A stretch of DNA of 64,000 bases from an uncultured Gemmatimonadaceae bacterium (lineage in GTDB: Bacteria; Gemmatimonadota; Gemmatimonadetes; Gemmatimonadales; Gemmatimonadaceae), in NCBI GenBank assembly GCA_963781585.1, contig CAWAGQ010000014.1, positions 96,001-160,000 on the forward strand, read 5' to 3'. Below the pieces are notes generated by a model. The model saw only the letters and a list, made by a program, of their open reading frames with translations, did not search any database and was not told the DNA's origin. Shown in pieces: positions 9,301 to 21,335 of the stretch; positions within the stretch are counted from its first letter, which is position 1; every line of letters starts with the position of its first letter. The translations under genes were made by a program, and so were the position numbers.

Positions 9301-9735
9301 ATGAGCAAGCGAATGGTCGTGGCCGCGCTGGCTCTGGGCGGCGTCTTCCTGGCTGCATACCTCGCGCTCTACAAGGTCGGCATCATCGGCCAGCTCGTGT
9401 GCAGCGTGGGCAAGTGCGAAACCGTGAACACCAGCCGGTGGTCCGTCCTGCTCGGGTATCCGGTGGCGGCCTGGGGCGTGGTCTATTACGTGGCGCTGTT
9501 CGCGGTTGCCATGGCCGGCGTGAGTGACCGGTTCGCGAGCGCCGCCTGGGTCCCGGTGGTGCTGCTGGGCCTTACCACGTGGGGGCTGCTCTTCTCGGTG
9601 TGGCTCACCTACCTGGAGCTGTTCGTCATTCACGCCATCTGCGTCTGGTGCGTGACGAGCGCACTCATCGTGAGTGCTGCCTTCGTCGCCAGTCTGCTGG
9701 ACTGGCGTGAACGCGCGAGTGAGACGGCGGGCTGA
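9301..9735 (+). CDS. Vitamin K epoxide reductase (VKOR) family protein
   Basis: CSVGKCETVNTSRWS and CVWC motifs, 4 TM helices; adjacent to DsbA. Confidence 0.93.
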   Translation: MSKRMVVAALALGGVFLAAYLALYKVGIIGQLVCSVGKCETVNTSRWSVLLGYPVAAWGVVYYVALFAVAMAGVSDRFASAAWVPVVLLGLTTWGLLFSVWLTYLELFVIHAICVWCVTSALIVSAAFVASLLDWRERASETAG

Positions 9736-9755
9736 CCACGGCCGGATCGCGGGAA

Positions 9756-10205
9756 TCAGGCCGGCAGATCCGGTGCGGGAATGGCCTGTTGTGGCGATTC
9801 GCGGCGGCGTGTGATCGCGTAGCGTCCACCCCCGAGTAGTACTAGGGCCACCGCCACGCACAGAAGGAGAAACTCGACTTCGATGCCCCATCCGCCACCA
9901 TCCGGCTTGACAGTGATGATGTTGGAGCGGAGCGAGAGGCTGATGGCGGTGAGCATGTCGGCAACCACGACCAGGGCGGCCAGGCGTGGCCACAGTCCCA
10001 GGACGAGAAGCACCGGTGCGACGATCTCGGCCAGGTAGGGGCCGTAGGCCAGAACACCGGGCAGCCCGGCCTCATTCAGAAGGCGGACAATCCATTCCAC
10101 GCCGTGTGTCAGCTTGAACAGGCCGTGGAAGATCAGCACGACCGCCAGCGCGATTCTGAGCAGCAGTTTGGCTGCATCGGCGCGAGTGTCCGGAGAGTTT
10201 TCCAT
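9756..10205 (-). CDS. DoxX family membrane protein
   Basis: LLLRIALAVVLIFHGLFKL, AEIVAPVLLVLG, GGWGIE, GGGRYAI. Confidence 0.9.
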   Translation of the reverse strand: MENSPDTRADAAKLLLRIALAVVLIFHGLFKLTHGVEWIVRLLNEAGLPGVLAYGPYLAEIVAPVLLVLGLWPRLAALVVVADMLTAISLSLRSNIITVKPDGGGWGIEVEFLLLCVAVALVLLGGGRYAITRRRESPQQAIPAPDLPA

Positions 10206-10294
10206 GTCGTCCACCAGATGAGAGTGCCGGTCCGGTGCGGCATGCTGGCGACGCCTCGCAACCGGCGCGGCGCGCGCCGCACCGGCGTCGCGGG

Positions 10295-12964
10295 TCACCG
10301 CGATCGTCCCGTTTCCGCCGCCTTCGGCGCGGCCTGGTCGAGTTCCGCGCGGATTGCCGCCGCGTTCCCGGACTGTCCCAGAGCGTCGTACTCCTCCACC
10401 AGATCCTTGCGCGCATATTCGAGCCAGGTGGCCGGAGGGCTGGACTGCACCGAGAGGTTGTCGTACCCCGCGCGACTCTCCGACAACGCATCCGCGTAGC
10501 GCTTCGCATGCACCAGGGTGCGACCGAGGCGGACGCGGGCGATGCCGATCAACTGATGACCGGGCGGAAGGACTTCGGTGTACCGTCGAAGGACGTCGCG
10601 AAAGACCTGCTCGGCGCGGCGGTAGTCTTTGCGCGCGTCGTACACGCCGGCCAGGTTCGACAGCGCGATGCCGATGTAGTAGTGCTTGTCGTGATAGACG
10701 GTCCGGTAGATGTCCGCCATGCGGCGAAAGTCAGCCTCGGCCTCGTCGAGGTTTCCGCGTTGCTGTGCCACGCGGCCCAGTTCATTGAGCGCCGAGGCGA
10801 CGCGCGGGTGCACGGTGCCGTACACTCGCTCCTGAATGGCAAGCGCTTCGCGGAGCATTCCCTGGGCTTCCGCCAATCGGCCCTGCGACACGATCGCGCG
10901 TCCCAGCAATGTGAGACTCGATGCGGTCTCCGGATGATCGTTGCCGTACCACTGCCTGACGATGACCACCGCTTCCCGGTCGTAGCGCTCGGCTTCCGCG
11001 AAGTGTCCTCTCTCGAACTCGATGGCGCCCAGGTTGAGCAGGTCGTCGGCGACGTTGGGATGGCCCGCGCCGTTCACCTGCCGGTCGATCCTCAACATGC
11101 GCCTGTTGAGCGAATCCGAGAGGTCGAGATGTCCGACGTAGAAATGCGAGTTTGCGAGTTCGGTGAGACTGCTCCGATAGTCGGGGCTCGTCTCACCGCC
11201 ATGCGCCGCGTTCAGGCGCACGGCCTCTTCGAGCACAGGAATGGCGGCGTTGTAGTCGCCGCGATCCTCGAGAACGCGGCCGAGCGCCGCGGTGGCCCGG
11301 GTGCGCACGGGGTGGTCCGCCGGAAGAGCGCGGCGGGCACGTTCCAGGGCGTCTCGGATGACGGTCTCGGCGGTGTCGTACTCCGCCTGGGCGTCTCGCA
11401 GGAGTCCGAGGGAAACCAGACTGGTGATGACGTCTTCACCGTCCGGACCGAACAGCGCACGTCGCCGATCGAGCGCCGTACGCAGGAGCGAGTCCGCCTG
11501 CGCGAGGTTGCCCAGCTGCTGGTAGATCCCACCGAGAGTCTGGTACAGCGCGGCCTGGACCGCGGGTTCGGCGCGGAGGCTCTGCGCCTCCTGCACGCCT
11601 CGATCGACCATGGTCACCACGCGCAGGCTCTCGGCCGGTCCCGCCGCTTCGTCTCCGCCCTGGAACAGGCTGAGCATGAAACTCTGGATGCGCTGAGTGC
11701 GCGCAGCCTGGGCGACGGCGGTGTTGCGGGCGGTGGCCAGCCGAACGGCATAGAAGGTCACCAGCGCCACGACCGTCAGGAACACGGCGGTCGCGCCCGC
11801 CAGCGGACGCCAGTTGCGCCGGACGAACTTGTTCACCCGATACCGCATCGAGTCCGGGCGGGCCTCGAGCGGTTCTCCCCTGAGGTAGTGATCGATGTCG
11901 CGGATGAAGGCCTCGACCGTCCGGTACCGTCGCTGGGGATCCTTGTGCATCGCGGTCAGACAGAGCACGTCGAGGTCGGCCCAGGCGCTCCCGCTCACCG
12001 CGGGGAAGCGCTGGCCGCGCAAGGTCGTCATCCGCTTCGCCGCCGCCGAGGGCTTCTCCGGATCCCGTTCCACGAGGATCGTTTCGGCTTCCGCCGGGGA
12101 GCGGTTCGACAGATCGAACGGGAGCCGTCCGACGAGCAACTCGTACAGGATCACGCCCAGCGAATAGACGTCCGTGTAGATGCCCACCGGCTCACCGCGA
12201 ATCTGCTCGGGAGCCGCATACGCGGGAGTCATCAGCCGGACCGCGGTGCGGGTCTGGTCCACCGGCGCCTCGGCGCTGGCAAGATGCTTGGCGATGCCGA
12301 AGTCGAGCAGTCGGATGGAGCCGTCCTGCCTGACGAGCACGTTCGATGGCTTGAGGTCGCGGTGGATGATCAGATGGCGGTGCGCGTGCTGCACGGCTTC
12401 GCCGACCGCACGCACCAGCGCCAGACGTGAGGCGACGGAGAGTGCGCGTGACTCGCAATACTCCGTGAGCGGCTCGCCCTGGACGTACTCCATGACAAAC
12501 CACGGCGTGCCGTCGGGCAGCGTGTCGGCATCGTAGAGTCGCGCGATCGAAGGATGATTCAGCTGGGCCAGCAAGCGCTGCTCGACACCGAATCGCTCCC
12601 GCCGGGCCGGCGAGAGCCAGGCGTCCCGGAGGATCTTGATCGCGACCAGCCGGTGGAGGTCAGCGCGCTCGGCGAGGTACACCACCCCCATGCCGCCTTC
12701 GCCCAGGACACCGCGCAGGCGATAGGGGCCGAAGTCCTCCGCCTGGAGTGACGGCGGCAGCGCGCCGCCCAGCATCTCGTGCGCCAGCTGGGCCACATCG
12801 CGGTCGATCAGCGAAGCGCCACGCGCGTCCTCCTGGAGGAGCGCCAGCACGTCGGCCACCACACCGGTGTCATCGCCGCACTGACCTTCCAGGAACGCGC
12901 GTTGCGCCGGCTCCGGCAGGTCGACCGCATCATGAAAGAGCGCCTGAATCCGCTCCCAACGCAC
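10295..12964 (-). CDS. Hanks-type Ser/Thr protein kinase with TM helix and extracytoplasmic TPR repeats
   Basis: LGEGGMGVVY, VAIK, HRDLKPSN, LLDFGIAK, TPAYAAPEQ, DVYSLG; TM helix; repeated HP..A..L.NL TPR units. True start may be 12973 (ATA). Confidence 0.95.
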   Translation of the reverse strand: MRWERIQALFHDAVDLPEPAQRAFLEGQCGDDTGVVADVLALLQEDARGASLIDRDVAQLAHEMLGGALPPSLQAEDFGPYRLRGVLGEGGMGVVYLAERADLHRLVAIKILRDAWLSPARRERFGVEQRLLAQLNHPSIARLYDADTLPDGTPWFVMEYVQGEPLTEYCESRALSVASRLALVRAVGEAVQHAHRHLIIHRDLKPSNVLVRQDGSIRLLDFGIAKHLASAEAPVDQTRTAVRLMTPAYAAPEQIRGEPVGIYTDVYSLGVILYELLVGRLPFDLSNRSPAEAETILVERDPEKPSAAAKRMTTLRGQRFPAVSGSAWADLDVLCLTAMHKDPQRRYRTVEAFIRDIDHYLRGEPLEARPDSMRYRVNKFVRRNWRPLAGATAVFLTVVALVTFYAVRLATARNTAVAQAARTQRIQSFMLSLFQGGDEAAGPAESLRVVTMVDRGVQEAQSLRAEPAVQAALYQTLGGIYQQLGNLAQADSLLRTALDRRRALFGPDGEDVITSLVSLGLLRDAQAEYDTAETVIRDALERARRALPADHPVRTRATAALGRVLEDRGDYNAAIPVLEEAVRLNAAHGGETSPDYRSSLTELANSHFYVGHLDLSDSLNRRMLRIDRQVNGAGHPNVADDLLNLGAIEFERGHFAEAERYDREAVVIVRQWYGNDHPETASSLTLLGRAIVSQGRLAEAQGMLREALAIQERVYGTVHPRVASALNELGRVAQQRGNLDEAEADFRRMADIYRTVYHDKHYYIGIALSNLAGVYDARKDYRRAEQVFRDVLRRYTEVLPPGHQLIGIARVRLGRTLVHAKRYADALSESRAGYDNLSVQSSPPATWLEYARKDLVEEYDALGQSGNAAAIRAELDQAAPKAAETGRSR

Positions 12965-13008
12965 CGAATCTATGGTCGCCTCCCGAGCCGCGCGCCCGAC
13001 ATCACAAG

Positions 13009-13569
13009 CTAGCGGCTGCGATGCAGCTCATTCGCCAACCATGCCCTCGCCGCACGCCAGTCGCGGAGGACGGTGGCCTCCGACACCTGCAGATACTCTG
13101 CAGTTTCGGCGACGTCGAGGCCGCCAAAGAAGCGGCATTCGACCATCGCGGCCTGCCGCGGACTCATCCGTCCCAGATCTTCCAGCGCTGCGTCGAGGGA
13201 CAGCAGTTCGTCCGACGAGGTGACCGCCTCGCCAAGGGAATCATCGAACGTGACGACAGCCAGCGCCGACCCTCCCCGTTTCGCCGCGTGACGCCGGCGT
13301 GCCGCCTCGATCAGCACCTGGCGCATCGCCCGCGCGGCGATCCGTTTGAAATGCAGACGCGAGGTGCCCGCCAGGTGCGGAGAGTTCGCCAGCTTGAGCC
13401 AGGCCTCGTTGACGAGAGCGGTCGGACTGAGTGTCGCGTTGGGGTCGTCCCGCCGAACGGTGGCCGCAAGGCGCCGCAGCTCCTCGTACGCGGTGTTGAA
13501 CAGGTGGTCGAGCGCCCGTCGGTCCTCCGACAACGCCTCCATCCGCTCGTTTTCCCCTCCCTGGGTCAT
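13009..13569 (-). CDS. ECF sigma factor of the kinase-associated type (TIGR02999-like)
   Basis: YEELRRLA, TLSPTALVNEAWLKL, AARAMRQVLIEAARRR.A.KRGG, VECRFFGGL, VSEATVLRDWRAARAWL. Confidence 0.93.
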   Translation of the reverse strand: MTQGGENERMEALSEDRRALDHLFNTAYEELRRLAATVRRDDPNATLSPTALVNEAWLKLANSPHLAGTSRLHFKRIAARAMRQVLIEAARRRHAAKRGGSALAVVTFDDSLGEAVTSSDELLSLDAALEDLGRMSPRQAAMVECRFFGGLDVAETAEYLQVSEATVLRDWRAARAWLANELHRSR

Positions 13570-13846
13570 GGGCTGGTCGATGAGCCTATTGAGGTTGTGC
13601 TGGCGCAGCGAATTCGTCCCGGCGACAATACTCCGCGCTTCCACGCGCTCTGCGGTGGCGGTCGCTCTCCAGCCCGGCGTGGCGCCGGCAGCGGAAGGGA
13701 TCTGCCACTGGTGAAGGGTAAGCGTACCACGCCGGGACGGTCGGTGGCAATCAGTACCGTGGTGCGCGTTGCCGCCAAGCCGGAGTCGACAGCGAGCCGG
13801 CCTGGCCGCGTCGCCTTCGGAGGGGGAAGTGACTGGTCGTCGGCGG

Positions 13847-14509
13847 TCAGTAGTGCGGCGGCAACTGGGACGTGAGCGCCATTCCATGCACGACCGCGGC
13901 CATGTGCATGAGCACGTGTGAGACGATTGCGGCCAGTGGACTCCCCGTGAGCAGGTAGGCGAGCGTGATGAGCGTGTTGCCGATTACCGGCTGAACAAGT
14001 TGCGGTCCGCGAAACTCCGCAAAGCCTGCATGATACATGGCGGTGACGATCGCGCTGCCCAGCAAGGCCACCAGCCCCCATCGCCATCGTGCGCCGGGCC
14101 GCTGGAGTTCCTCCGTCGGCCTCGAGCCGTAGAGACTCAGCACGGGAATCACGGACAGGAGCAACGTATCGACCACGCCGTATACCACCCCGTACCAGGT
14201 GAGCGCCCCTGCGAGCGCCAGGCCGTGCGGTGAGGCACTCCCCGGTTGCGAGAAGACCTGGCGAATGAGGACGACGCCCAGCGCGATGCCGGCCACGACA
14301 CCCAGACGCCACAGGCGGGCGAGCTGGATGCGCGGACTGATCCGTTCAGTCCGTGCATACAGGATCACGAGGCCGCTGACCGCCAGCGTGTGTGGAACGA
14401 GGAACAGCGGGCGCGAGAAATGAAGCGTGCTGGAAAATACGAACGAAGTGGCGAAGCCCAGGGCGCCGGCGAGCAGCGTCCACCGCCAGCCTCTTGCACT
14501 TTGTGTCAC
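13847..14509 (-). CDS. Hypothetical multi-pass membrane protein (possibly CPBP/Abi-like)
   Basis: About 7 hydrophobic segments; His-rich C-terminus (MYHAG, SHVLMHMAAVVHG). Confidence 0.65.
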   Translation of the reverse strand: MTQSARGWRWTLLAGALGFATSFVFSSTLHFSRPLFLVPHTLAVSGLVILYARTERISPRIQLARLWRLGVVAGIALGVVLIRQVFSQPGSASPHGLALAGALTWYGVVYGVVDTLLLSVIPVLSLYGSRPTEELQRPGARWRWGLVALLGSAIVTAMYHAGFAEFRGPQLVQPVIGNTLITLAYLLTGSPLAAIVSHVLMHMAAVVHGMALTSQLPPHY

Positions 14510-14510
14510 G

Positions 14511-15035
14511 TCACAACCACCGGCGCACGCGGGCGCGATAGGCGTCGTAGTCCGCCGGGAAAGCGGCGGCCAGGTAGCGTTCCTCGCGCGTGATGATGGC
14601 GCGATCGATGATGAGCAGCACGATTGGCAGCAGCATCAGAGGCCACCAGGAGTCGAGCAGCAGGGTCAGGCCGAGGTAGAGCGCGGTGAGTGAGACGTAC
14701 ATCGGATTTCGCGTCAGGCGATACGGGCCGCTGGTCACCAGCGTCGAGGCAGGGCGATTCGGCACGATGGTGGTGCGTGCGCGGTAGAACGTGGCCATCG
14801 CGGAAAACGCGAGCAGACCCGAGACGACAATGAGGGCGAGGCCGGCGGCGTCGACCAGCCGCAGCAACGCCGCGTGAGCGGAGCTGGCGAGGGGCAGGGG
14901 ATGCGCTCTCTGTACGAAATACGCCACGAGGAAGGCGATGGCGAAGACAAAAGGCGGCGGAATGTGCACTCCGGCATGAGGTGGGGACGCTGGCGGGGGT
15001 AGCTCGATACGGCCGAGCGCGGGGCGCGACATCAC
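14511..15035 (-). CDS. Isoprenylcysteine carboxyl methyltransferase (ICMT/PEMT) family protein
   Basis: LVTSGPYRLTRNPMY, REERYL, YDAYRARVRRWL. Confidence 0.92.
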   Translation of the reverse strand: MMSRPALGRIELPPPASPPHAGVHIPPPFVFAIAFLVAYFVQRAHPLPLASSAHAALLRLVDAAGLALIVVSGLLAFSAMATFYRARTTIVPNRPASTLVTSGPYRLTRNPMYVSLTALYLGLTLLLDSWWPLMLLPIVLLIIDRAIITREERYLAAAFPADYDAYRARVRRWL

Positions 15036-15119
15036 GTTTCTCCCCGCGCGGCGGCGCGCTGACCAGGTATACTACCGTATGTGATGGTGGAGACCTCGAT
15101 TCGCGCAGGGAGGCTGGCC

Positions 15120-15347
15120 ATGGCAATCAGGAAATCAGCACGTAAGGCCGTGAAGAAGGCTGAGGGGCGAGCCAGGCAGGCGGGGAAGAAGGCGCAGACG
15201 ATGGCCCGCACCGTCGCCGATCGGGTGACCGGGCGCGCCCGGAAGCGGAAGAAGGCCAAGGTGGCGGCAACCATGGTAGGTGTCGCGGCAGCCGTGGCGG
15301 CCGGGATGGCTGCGGTAGTGACGCGCCGGAAGAAGAAACACCGGTAG
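15120..15347 (+). CDS. Small Lys/Arg-rich protein with one C-terminal hydrophobic helix
   Basis: GGGAGG SD before ATG 15120; MAIRKSARKAVKKA...VGVAAAVAAGMAAVV.RRKKKHR. Confidence 0.6.
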   Translation: MAIRKSARKAVKKAEGRARQAGKKAQTMARTVADRVTGRARKRKKAKVAATMVGVAAAVAAGMAAVVTRRKKKHR

Positions 15348-15354
15348 CGGCGGG

Positions 15355-15741
15355 TCACTCGGCGCTGCTGGTGTGATCGGCGTCGGGGCCCGGGAGCCTG
15401 ACGAGCGGACGTTCCATGCCGTCCTCGATCGAGGCCGCCGAGCGAGACCGGCGCCGGCGGACCCTGGTGGGAACGAGCTCCTGGCCGAGTACCACCAGCA
15501 CCCTGGTGGCGACGACGCTGGCGAGGGGCTCCGGAATTCCCATGACCCGCACGTAGGTGTCGATCGCCCGGTCGTAGGTGAGGTCTTCCGCCAGGGCGTC
15601 GACGAACATCAGGGCATTCTCCACGTGCGCGTCGATGATCCGCTCCTCGGCCCGCGCCTTCGCCAGTCGCAGGCGTCGCTCCGCGGAGTCGTCGAGGTGC
15701 CGGCGAAAGATCGAGTCGGGGAAGAATCGGCGGAGGAACAT
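15355..15741 (-). CDS. Hypothetical protein (128 aa)
   Basis: Coherent helical ORF (RRLRLAKARAEERIIDAHVENALMFV) downstream of acs on the same strand. Confidence 0.7.
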   Translation of the reverse strand: MFLRRFFPDSIFRRHLDDSAERRLRLAKARAEERIIDAHVENALMFVDALAEDLTYDRAIDTYVRVMGIPEPLASVVATRVLVVLGQELVPTRVRRRRSRSAASIEDGMERPLVRLPGPDADHTSSAE

Positions 15742-15820
15742 CGGCTCGCAGGCGCGGCTCAGCCCCGCATTCGCGGGGCGGGCCGCCCCTGCCAGGGGCG
15801 GACGCGTTGTCGTGCGGTCG

Positions 15821-17785
<1,965 letters not shown>

Positions 17786-17797
17786 CGGCTGAGGAAA

Positions 17798-17834
17798 GGT
17801 CGAGGGTCGAAGGCCAGAGGCCAGAGGCCAAAGG
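17798..17834. repeat. Heptamer tandem array (GGCCAGA/GGTCGAR; reverse complement of the CCTTTGG type), 5 units
   Basis: ggtcgag ggtcgaa ggccaga ggccaga ggccaaa gg, 12 nt upstream of the acs ATG. Confidence 0.75.
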
Positions 17835-17951
17835 CGGATTCTGTGTCGCCGGTGGGCGATGTGCAACAGTCGGCGACCCCGGGTGACACCGGCACCGGGC
17901 GCCCCCCGTAGATTTCGGGGACACCGGATTGAACCGCCCGCCGGAGGAACT

Positions 17952-18218
17952 GTGGACCAGAACAGCGCAATCGTTGCCTTTGCCGGCATCGTCTGTGGCT
18001 CGATTCTCATCGGCACCGTCATCGCCACCATCGGCCGAGCGGTGGTGGCCCACCGGCGTGCGGGCGCGCTGCCGGACACGACCGTGGCGCGCCTGGATGA
18101 GCGTCTGCTCCACATCGAGCAGGCCGTGGACGCGATCGCCGTCGAAGTCGAGCGTGTCGCCGAAGCCCAGCGCTTCACCACCAAACTCCTCTCCTCCCGC
18201 GAGGCCCAACGCACCTAA
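17952..18218 (+). CDS. Small membrane protein with C-terminal coiled coil
   Basis: GGAGG SD plus GTG; TM helix then [30 protein letters not shown]. Confidence 0.8.
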   Translation: MDQNSAIVAFAGIVCGSILIGTVIATIGRAVVAHRRAGALPDTTVARLDERLLHIEQAVDAIAVEVERVAEAQRFTTKLLSSREAQRT

Positions 18219-18230
18219 CGCCTCGCCACC

Positions 18231-18503
18231 ATGGTGGTCCTGATGCTGTTGGTCGCGCTCATCACGCTGATCGTCGTCCCGGTGGTCATCGTGAGCGTGC
18301 TGCGTCTGGTGACCGGAGCCGTCGGCATGCGGCGCCGGGCGTCGCCACCGATACCGGACGCAGTCGATGACCGCCTGTCGCGCATCGAGGAAGCAATCGA
18401 CGCCATGGCGATCCAGATCGACCGGATCGCGCAACAACAGCTTCTGGCCTCCGGTCGGCAGCTGCCCGCCGGACGAGGCGATCCGCCTGACGAGAGCCAT
18501 TGA
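18231..18503 (+). CDS. Paralog of the preceding small membrane/coiled-coil protein
   Basis: TM helix then DDRLSRIEEAIDAMAIQIDRIAQQQ. Confidence 0.75.
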   Translation: MVVLMLLVALITLIVVPVVIVSVLRLVTGAVGMRRRASPPIPDAVDDRLSRIEEAIDAMAIQIDRIAQQQLLASGRQLPAGRGDPPDESH

Positions 18504-18605
18504 TCAGGCATCGGATCGGATCCGTCCGATGCCGGCACCGGTCGCCGTCCTTCCCCCGTGTTTCCCGGTCGCGCGTCTGGCGGTCGCGGCCTCGCCGGGT
18601 GGCGA

Positions 18606-19289
18606 CTACGCGGGCGCGGTCTTCCGCAGCAGCACGTGGTCCCAGACCAGGCCGGCCAGCGCGCCGCCGATCAGCGGCCCGACCCAGTAGACGATGTGCC
18701 CTTCCCAGCTCCCGCTGGCCACGGCCGGGCCGAATGAACGGGCGGGGTTCATCGACGCGCCGGTGAGCGGTCCGATCGCCATGATGTCGGCGGCGATCGT
18801 CAATCCGATGGCCATCCCGCCCAGCTTTGGCGCCTCCGGGTCCACCGCGGTGCCGAAGACCACGAACACGAGGAAGAACGTCGCGACGGCCTCGAGCACG
18901 ATGGCCTGCGTCATGGTCACGTCGAGCGCGACGAACTGGGTCCCGCCCCGGACGGCGGCGAAGGTCTCGTGGGGAACGACGCCCTTGAGCGTGAGGGCGG
19001 CGCACACGGCGCCGGCCAGTTGGGCGACGAGGTGCAGCAGCGCCATGGGCAGGGAGATGCGCCGCGCGACGAGGATCCCGAATGTCACCGCCGGATTGAG
19101 GTGTCCGCCCGAGACGTTCATGGTGGCCGACACCATGAGGGCGAGAATGAGACCGTGGGCGAGGGCCACGGTGACCAGTCCGGCCTGGGTGTCGGGTCGG
19201 TGGCTCATCATGATGGCGCCGCCGCCGACGAAGACGAGCGCGTACGTGCCGACGAATTCGGCGACGAAGTGCCGCGCGGTGTTGTTCAT
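18606..19289 (-). CDS. Aquaporin / MIP family channel
   Basis: AEFVGT, SGGHLNPAVT, GASMNPARSFGPA, YWVGPLIGG. Confidence 0.96.
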   Translation of the reverse strand: MNNTARHFVAEFVGTYALVFVGGGAIMMSHRPDTQAGLVTVALAHGLILALMVSATMNVSGGHLNPAVTFGILVARRISLPMALLHLVAQLAGAVCAALTLKGVVPHETFAAVRGGTQFVALDVTMTQAIVLEAVATFFLVFVVFGTAVDPEAPKLGGMAIGLTIAADIMAIGPLTGASMNPARSFGPAVASGSWEGHIVYWVGPLIGGALAGLVWDHVLLRKTAPA

Positions 19290-19412
19290 GGCGACCGCCC
19301 CGTGGTCAGAGGGTGAACCGGCGGCGCGAAGTTAGGACGCCCGGGCCCCGGTGACAAGGTTGTCGAGACCGGCGGCCCCGGCTTGTCGCGATCGGCGTGC
19401 CGGGCGCGCGGA

Positions 19413-20648
19413 TCAGTTGCGGCGCAGCACCAGGGCCGCGTTCACGCCGCCGAAGCCGAACGAGTTGGTGATGGCGTGCTCGGGGGCGGCTGCGCGGCCC
19501 ACGCCTGGCACGTAATCCAGGTCGCACTGGTCATCGGGTACCACCAGGTTCACGGTGGGCGGCAGCCACTCGCGCTGGAGACTGAGCGCGCAGATGGCGG
19601 TCTCGATGGCCCCCGACGCGCCTAACGCGTGGCCGTAGTATCCCTTGGTGCCGCTCACCGGCACCCGATACGCGTCGTCGCCGAGCACGCGCTTGATGGC
19701 CAGTGTTTCGGTGGTGTCGTTGAGCGGGGTCGAGCTGCCGTGGGCGTTGACGTAGTCCACGTCGTGCGCCGCCAGGTGCGCGTCATCGAGAGCGAGGCGC
19801 ATGGCGCGGGCGGCCTGCGACCCGTCCGGCCGCGGTGCCGTCATGTGGTGCGCGTCGTTGGTCACGCCGTAGCCGAGGATCTCGGCATAGACCGGCGCGC
19901 CTCGGGCGAGGGCACGGGTGCGCTCCTCGAGAATCAAAACCGCCGCACCTTCTCCCATCACGAACCCGTCGCGGTCGCGGTCGAAGGGCCGGGATGCGGT
20001 GGTCGGATCGTCGTTGCGGGTGGACATCGCCCGGATCAGGGAAAAGGCGCCGTAACAGAGCGGGGAAAGCGGCGCCTCCGCACCGCCCGCGATCATCACG
20101 TCGGCATATCCGTCGCGGACCTGCCGGAACGCGTCGCCGATCGCAATCGTGCCCGACGCGCAACTCATCGCGTTTGTGGAATTGGGTCCGCGCACGTCGA
20201 ACTCGATCGCGATGTTGCAGCTGGCCGCTCCGCCGAACACGGCCAGCGCCAGCATCGCGTCCACACCGCGCAGACCGTGGCAGACGTAGGCCGAGTACTG
20301 CGACTCGGCATAGGCCACACCGCCTAACGCCGATCCCATCATCGACCCGATGCGGTCCCGGTCCTCGACCGCAAGGTCGAGCTGCGCGTCGTCGAGCGCC
20401 ATCCGCGAGGCGGCAACCGAAAACTGCGCGAACCGCTCCAATCGCCTGGCGCGCTTCGCGTCCAGATGGTCCGCGGCGTTGAAATCGTTCACCTGCGCGG
20501 CATTCCGGCTGCGAAACACCGACGCGTCAAAACGCGTGACCGGGGCCACCGCCGACCGCTGGCTCCGCAGTCCCTGCCACAGCCCCTCCCGGCCAAGACC
20601 GATCGGGGTGATGGCGCCGATACCGGTCACAACGACTCGTCGATGCAT
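19413..20648 (-). CDS. fabF: Beta-ketoacyl-ACP synthase II (FabF-like) / type II PKS-like ketosynthase
   Basis: RRVVVTGIG, catalytic [46 protein letters not shown]. Confidence 0.85.
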   Translation of the reverse strand: MHRRVVVTGIGAITPIGLGREGLWQGLRSQRSAVAPVTRFDASVFRSRNAAQVNDFNAADHLDAKRARRLERFAQFSVAASRMALDDAQLDLAVEDRDRIGSMMGSALGGVAYAESQYSAYVCHGLRGVDAMLALAVFGGAASCNIAIEFDVRGPNSTNAMSCASGTIAIGDAFRQVRDGYADVMIAGGAEAPLSPLCYGAFSLIRAMSTRNDDPTTASRPFDRDRDGFVMGEGAAVLILEERTRALARGAPVYAEILGYGVTNDAHHMTAPRPDGSQAARAMRLALDDAHLAAHDVDYVNAHGSSTPLNDTTETLAIKRVLGDDAYRVPVSGTKGYYGHALGASGAIETAICALSLQREWLPPTVNLVVPDDQCDLDYVPGVGRAAAPEHAITNSFGFGGVNAALVLRRN

Positions 20649-20753
20649 GGGCACGCGGGTTACCGGATAGGGTCAGGTGGATGTCGCGCGTCTGGCTCGG
20701 CGGATCGAGGTCGGAACCGGCGCGCCGATACGCCGCGCGGGAAGCCAGAGGCG

Positions 20754-21335
20754 TCAGGCGGCAGAAGACGGAGGGGCGGCCGTGCCTCTCGATTCCCGAT
20801 TACCGACTTCGGACTCCGCGACGCGAGCCAGACCGGCAAGGGTCCGGCTCGCGATTCCGTGTATGAATATGGGGCCGATCACCGCCGTTGCGGCAACCAC
20901 GCCGATGAACGGCCACCGCGGTCCGTCCCACACGTGCTCCAGACGCACATGGGTCCCGCCGTCAACGGCCTCGAACGACCAGTCAACATCCATCCCCGCG
21001 GTCAGACCGCCGACATGATGGAACCGGATCCGGCGCGTCCGGGCGTCGACGCTCATCCGGGACAGCCACCAGGTGGGCCAGTTGACCAGGCCGAAGGGCC
21101 GGTTGGCGGACATCGCCACCAGACCGCCCCCGTCCTCAGACCGCTCGCGAAATCGCACCCACCGGTAGTGCTCCAGCAATGCCGGCCACTGATCCACCTG
21201 GCGCGCGATGTCGAAGACCACCCCGACGGGCGCGTGCACCAGTTGTTCGTCCACTATCTGCATCGCGCGCCCGACCGGCATGGGGCCGAGCGCGGACGAG
21301 CTCGGTACGCCCGAACGATCACTGCGGCTGGACAC
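20754..21335 (-). CDS. SRPBCC/START family protein (polyketide cyclase/aromatase-like)
   Basis: VHAPVGVVFDIARQVDQWPALLEHYR, WWLSRM, IRFHHVGG...MDVDWSF, GTHVRLEH. Confidence 0.85.
   Translation of the reverse strand: MSSRSDRSGVPSSSALGPMPVGRAMQIVDEQLVHAPVGVVFDIARQVDQWPALLEHYRWVRFRERSEDGGGLVAMSANRPFGLVNWPTWWLSRMSVDARTRRIRFHHVGGLTAGMDVDWSFEAVDGGTHVRLEHVWDGPRWPFIGVVAATAVIGPIFIHGIASRTLAGLARVAESEVGNRESRGTAAPPSSAA
20787..20817. repeat. Degenerate heptamer array (TCCCGAY-like, 4 units) inside the SRPBCC C-terminal tail
   Basis: tctcgat tcccgat taccgac ttcggac tcc; encodes ESEVGNRESR. Confidence 0.5.

Noticed and set aside
15120..15347. Histone-like nucleoid protein
   Set aside because: It is basic, but it has a hydrophobic C-terminal helix and no PAKK-type repeats; kept as hypothetical.
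17786..18214. N-terminal extensions in the ORF track (acs to 18214; similarly argJ to 55529, otsA to 62729, ctaB to 30042, ECF to 13887)
   Set aside because: Family homology begins at downstream starts, and the extensions overlap other genes or repeats.
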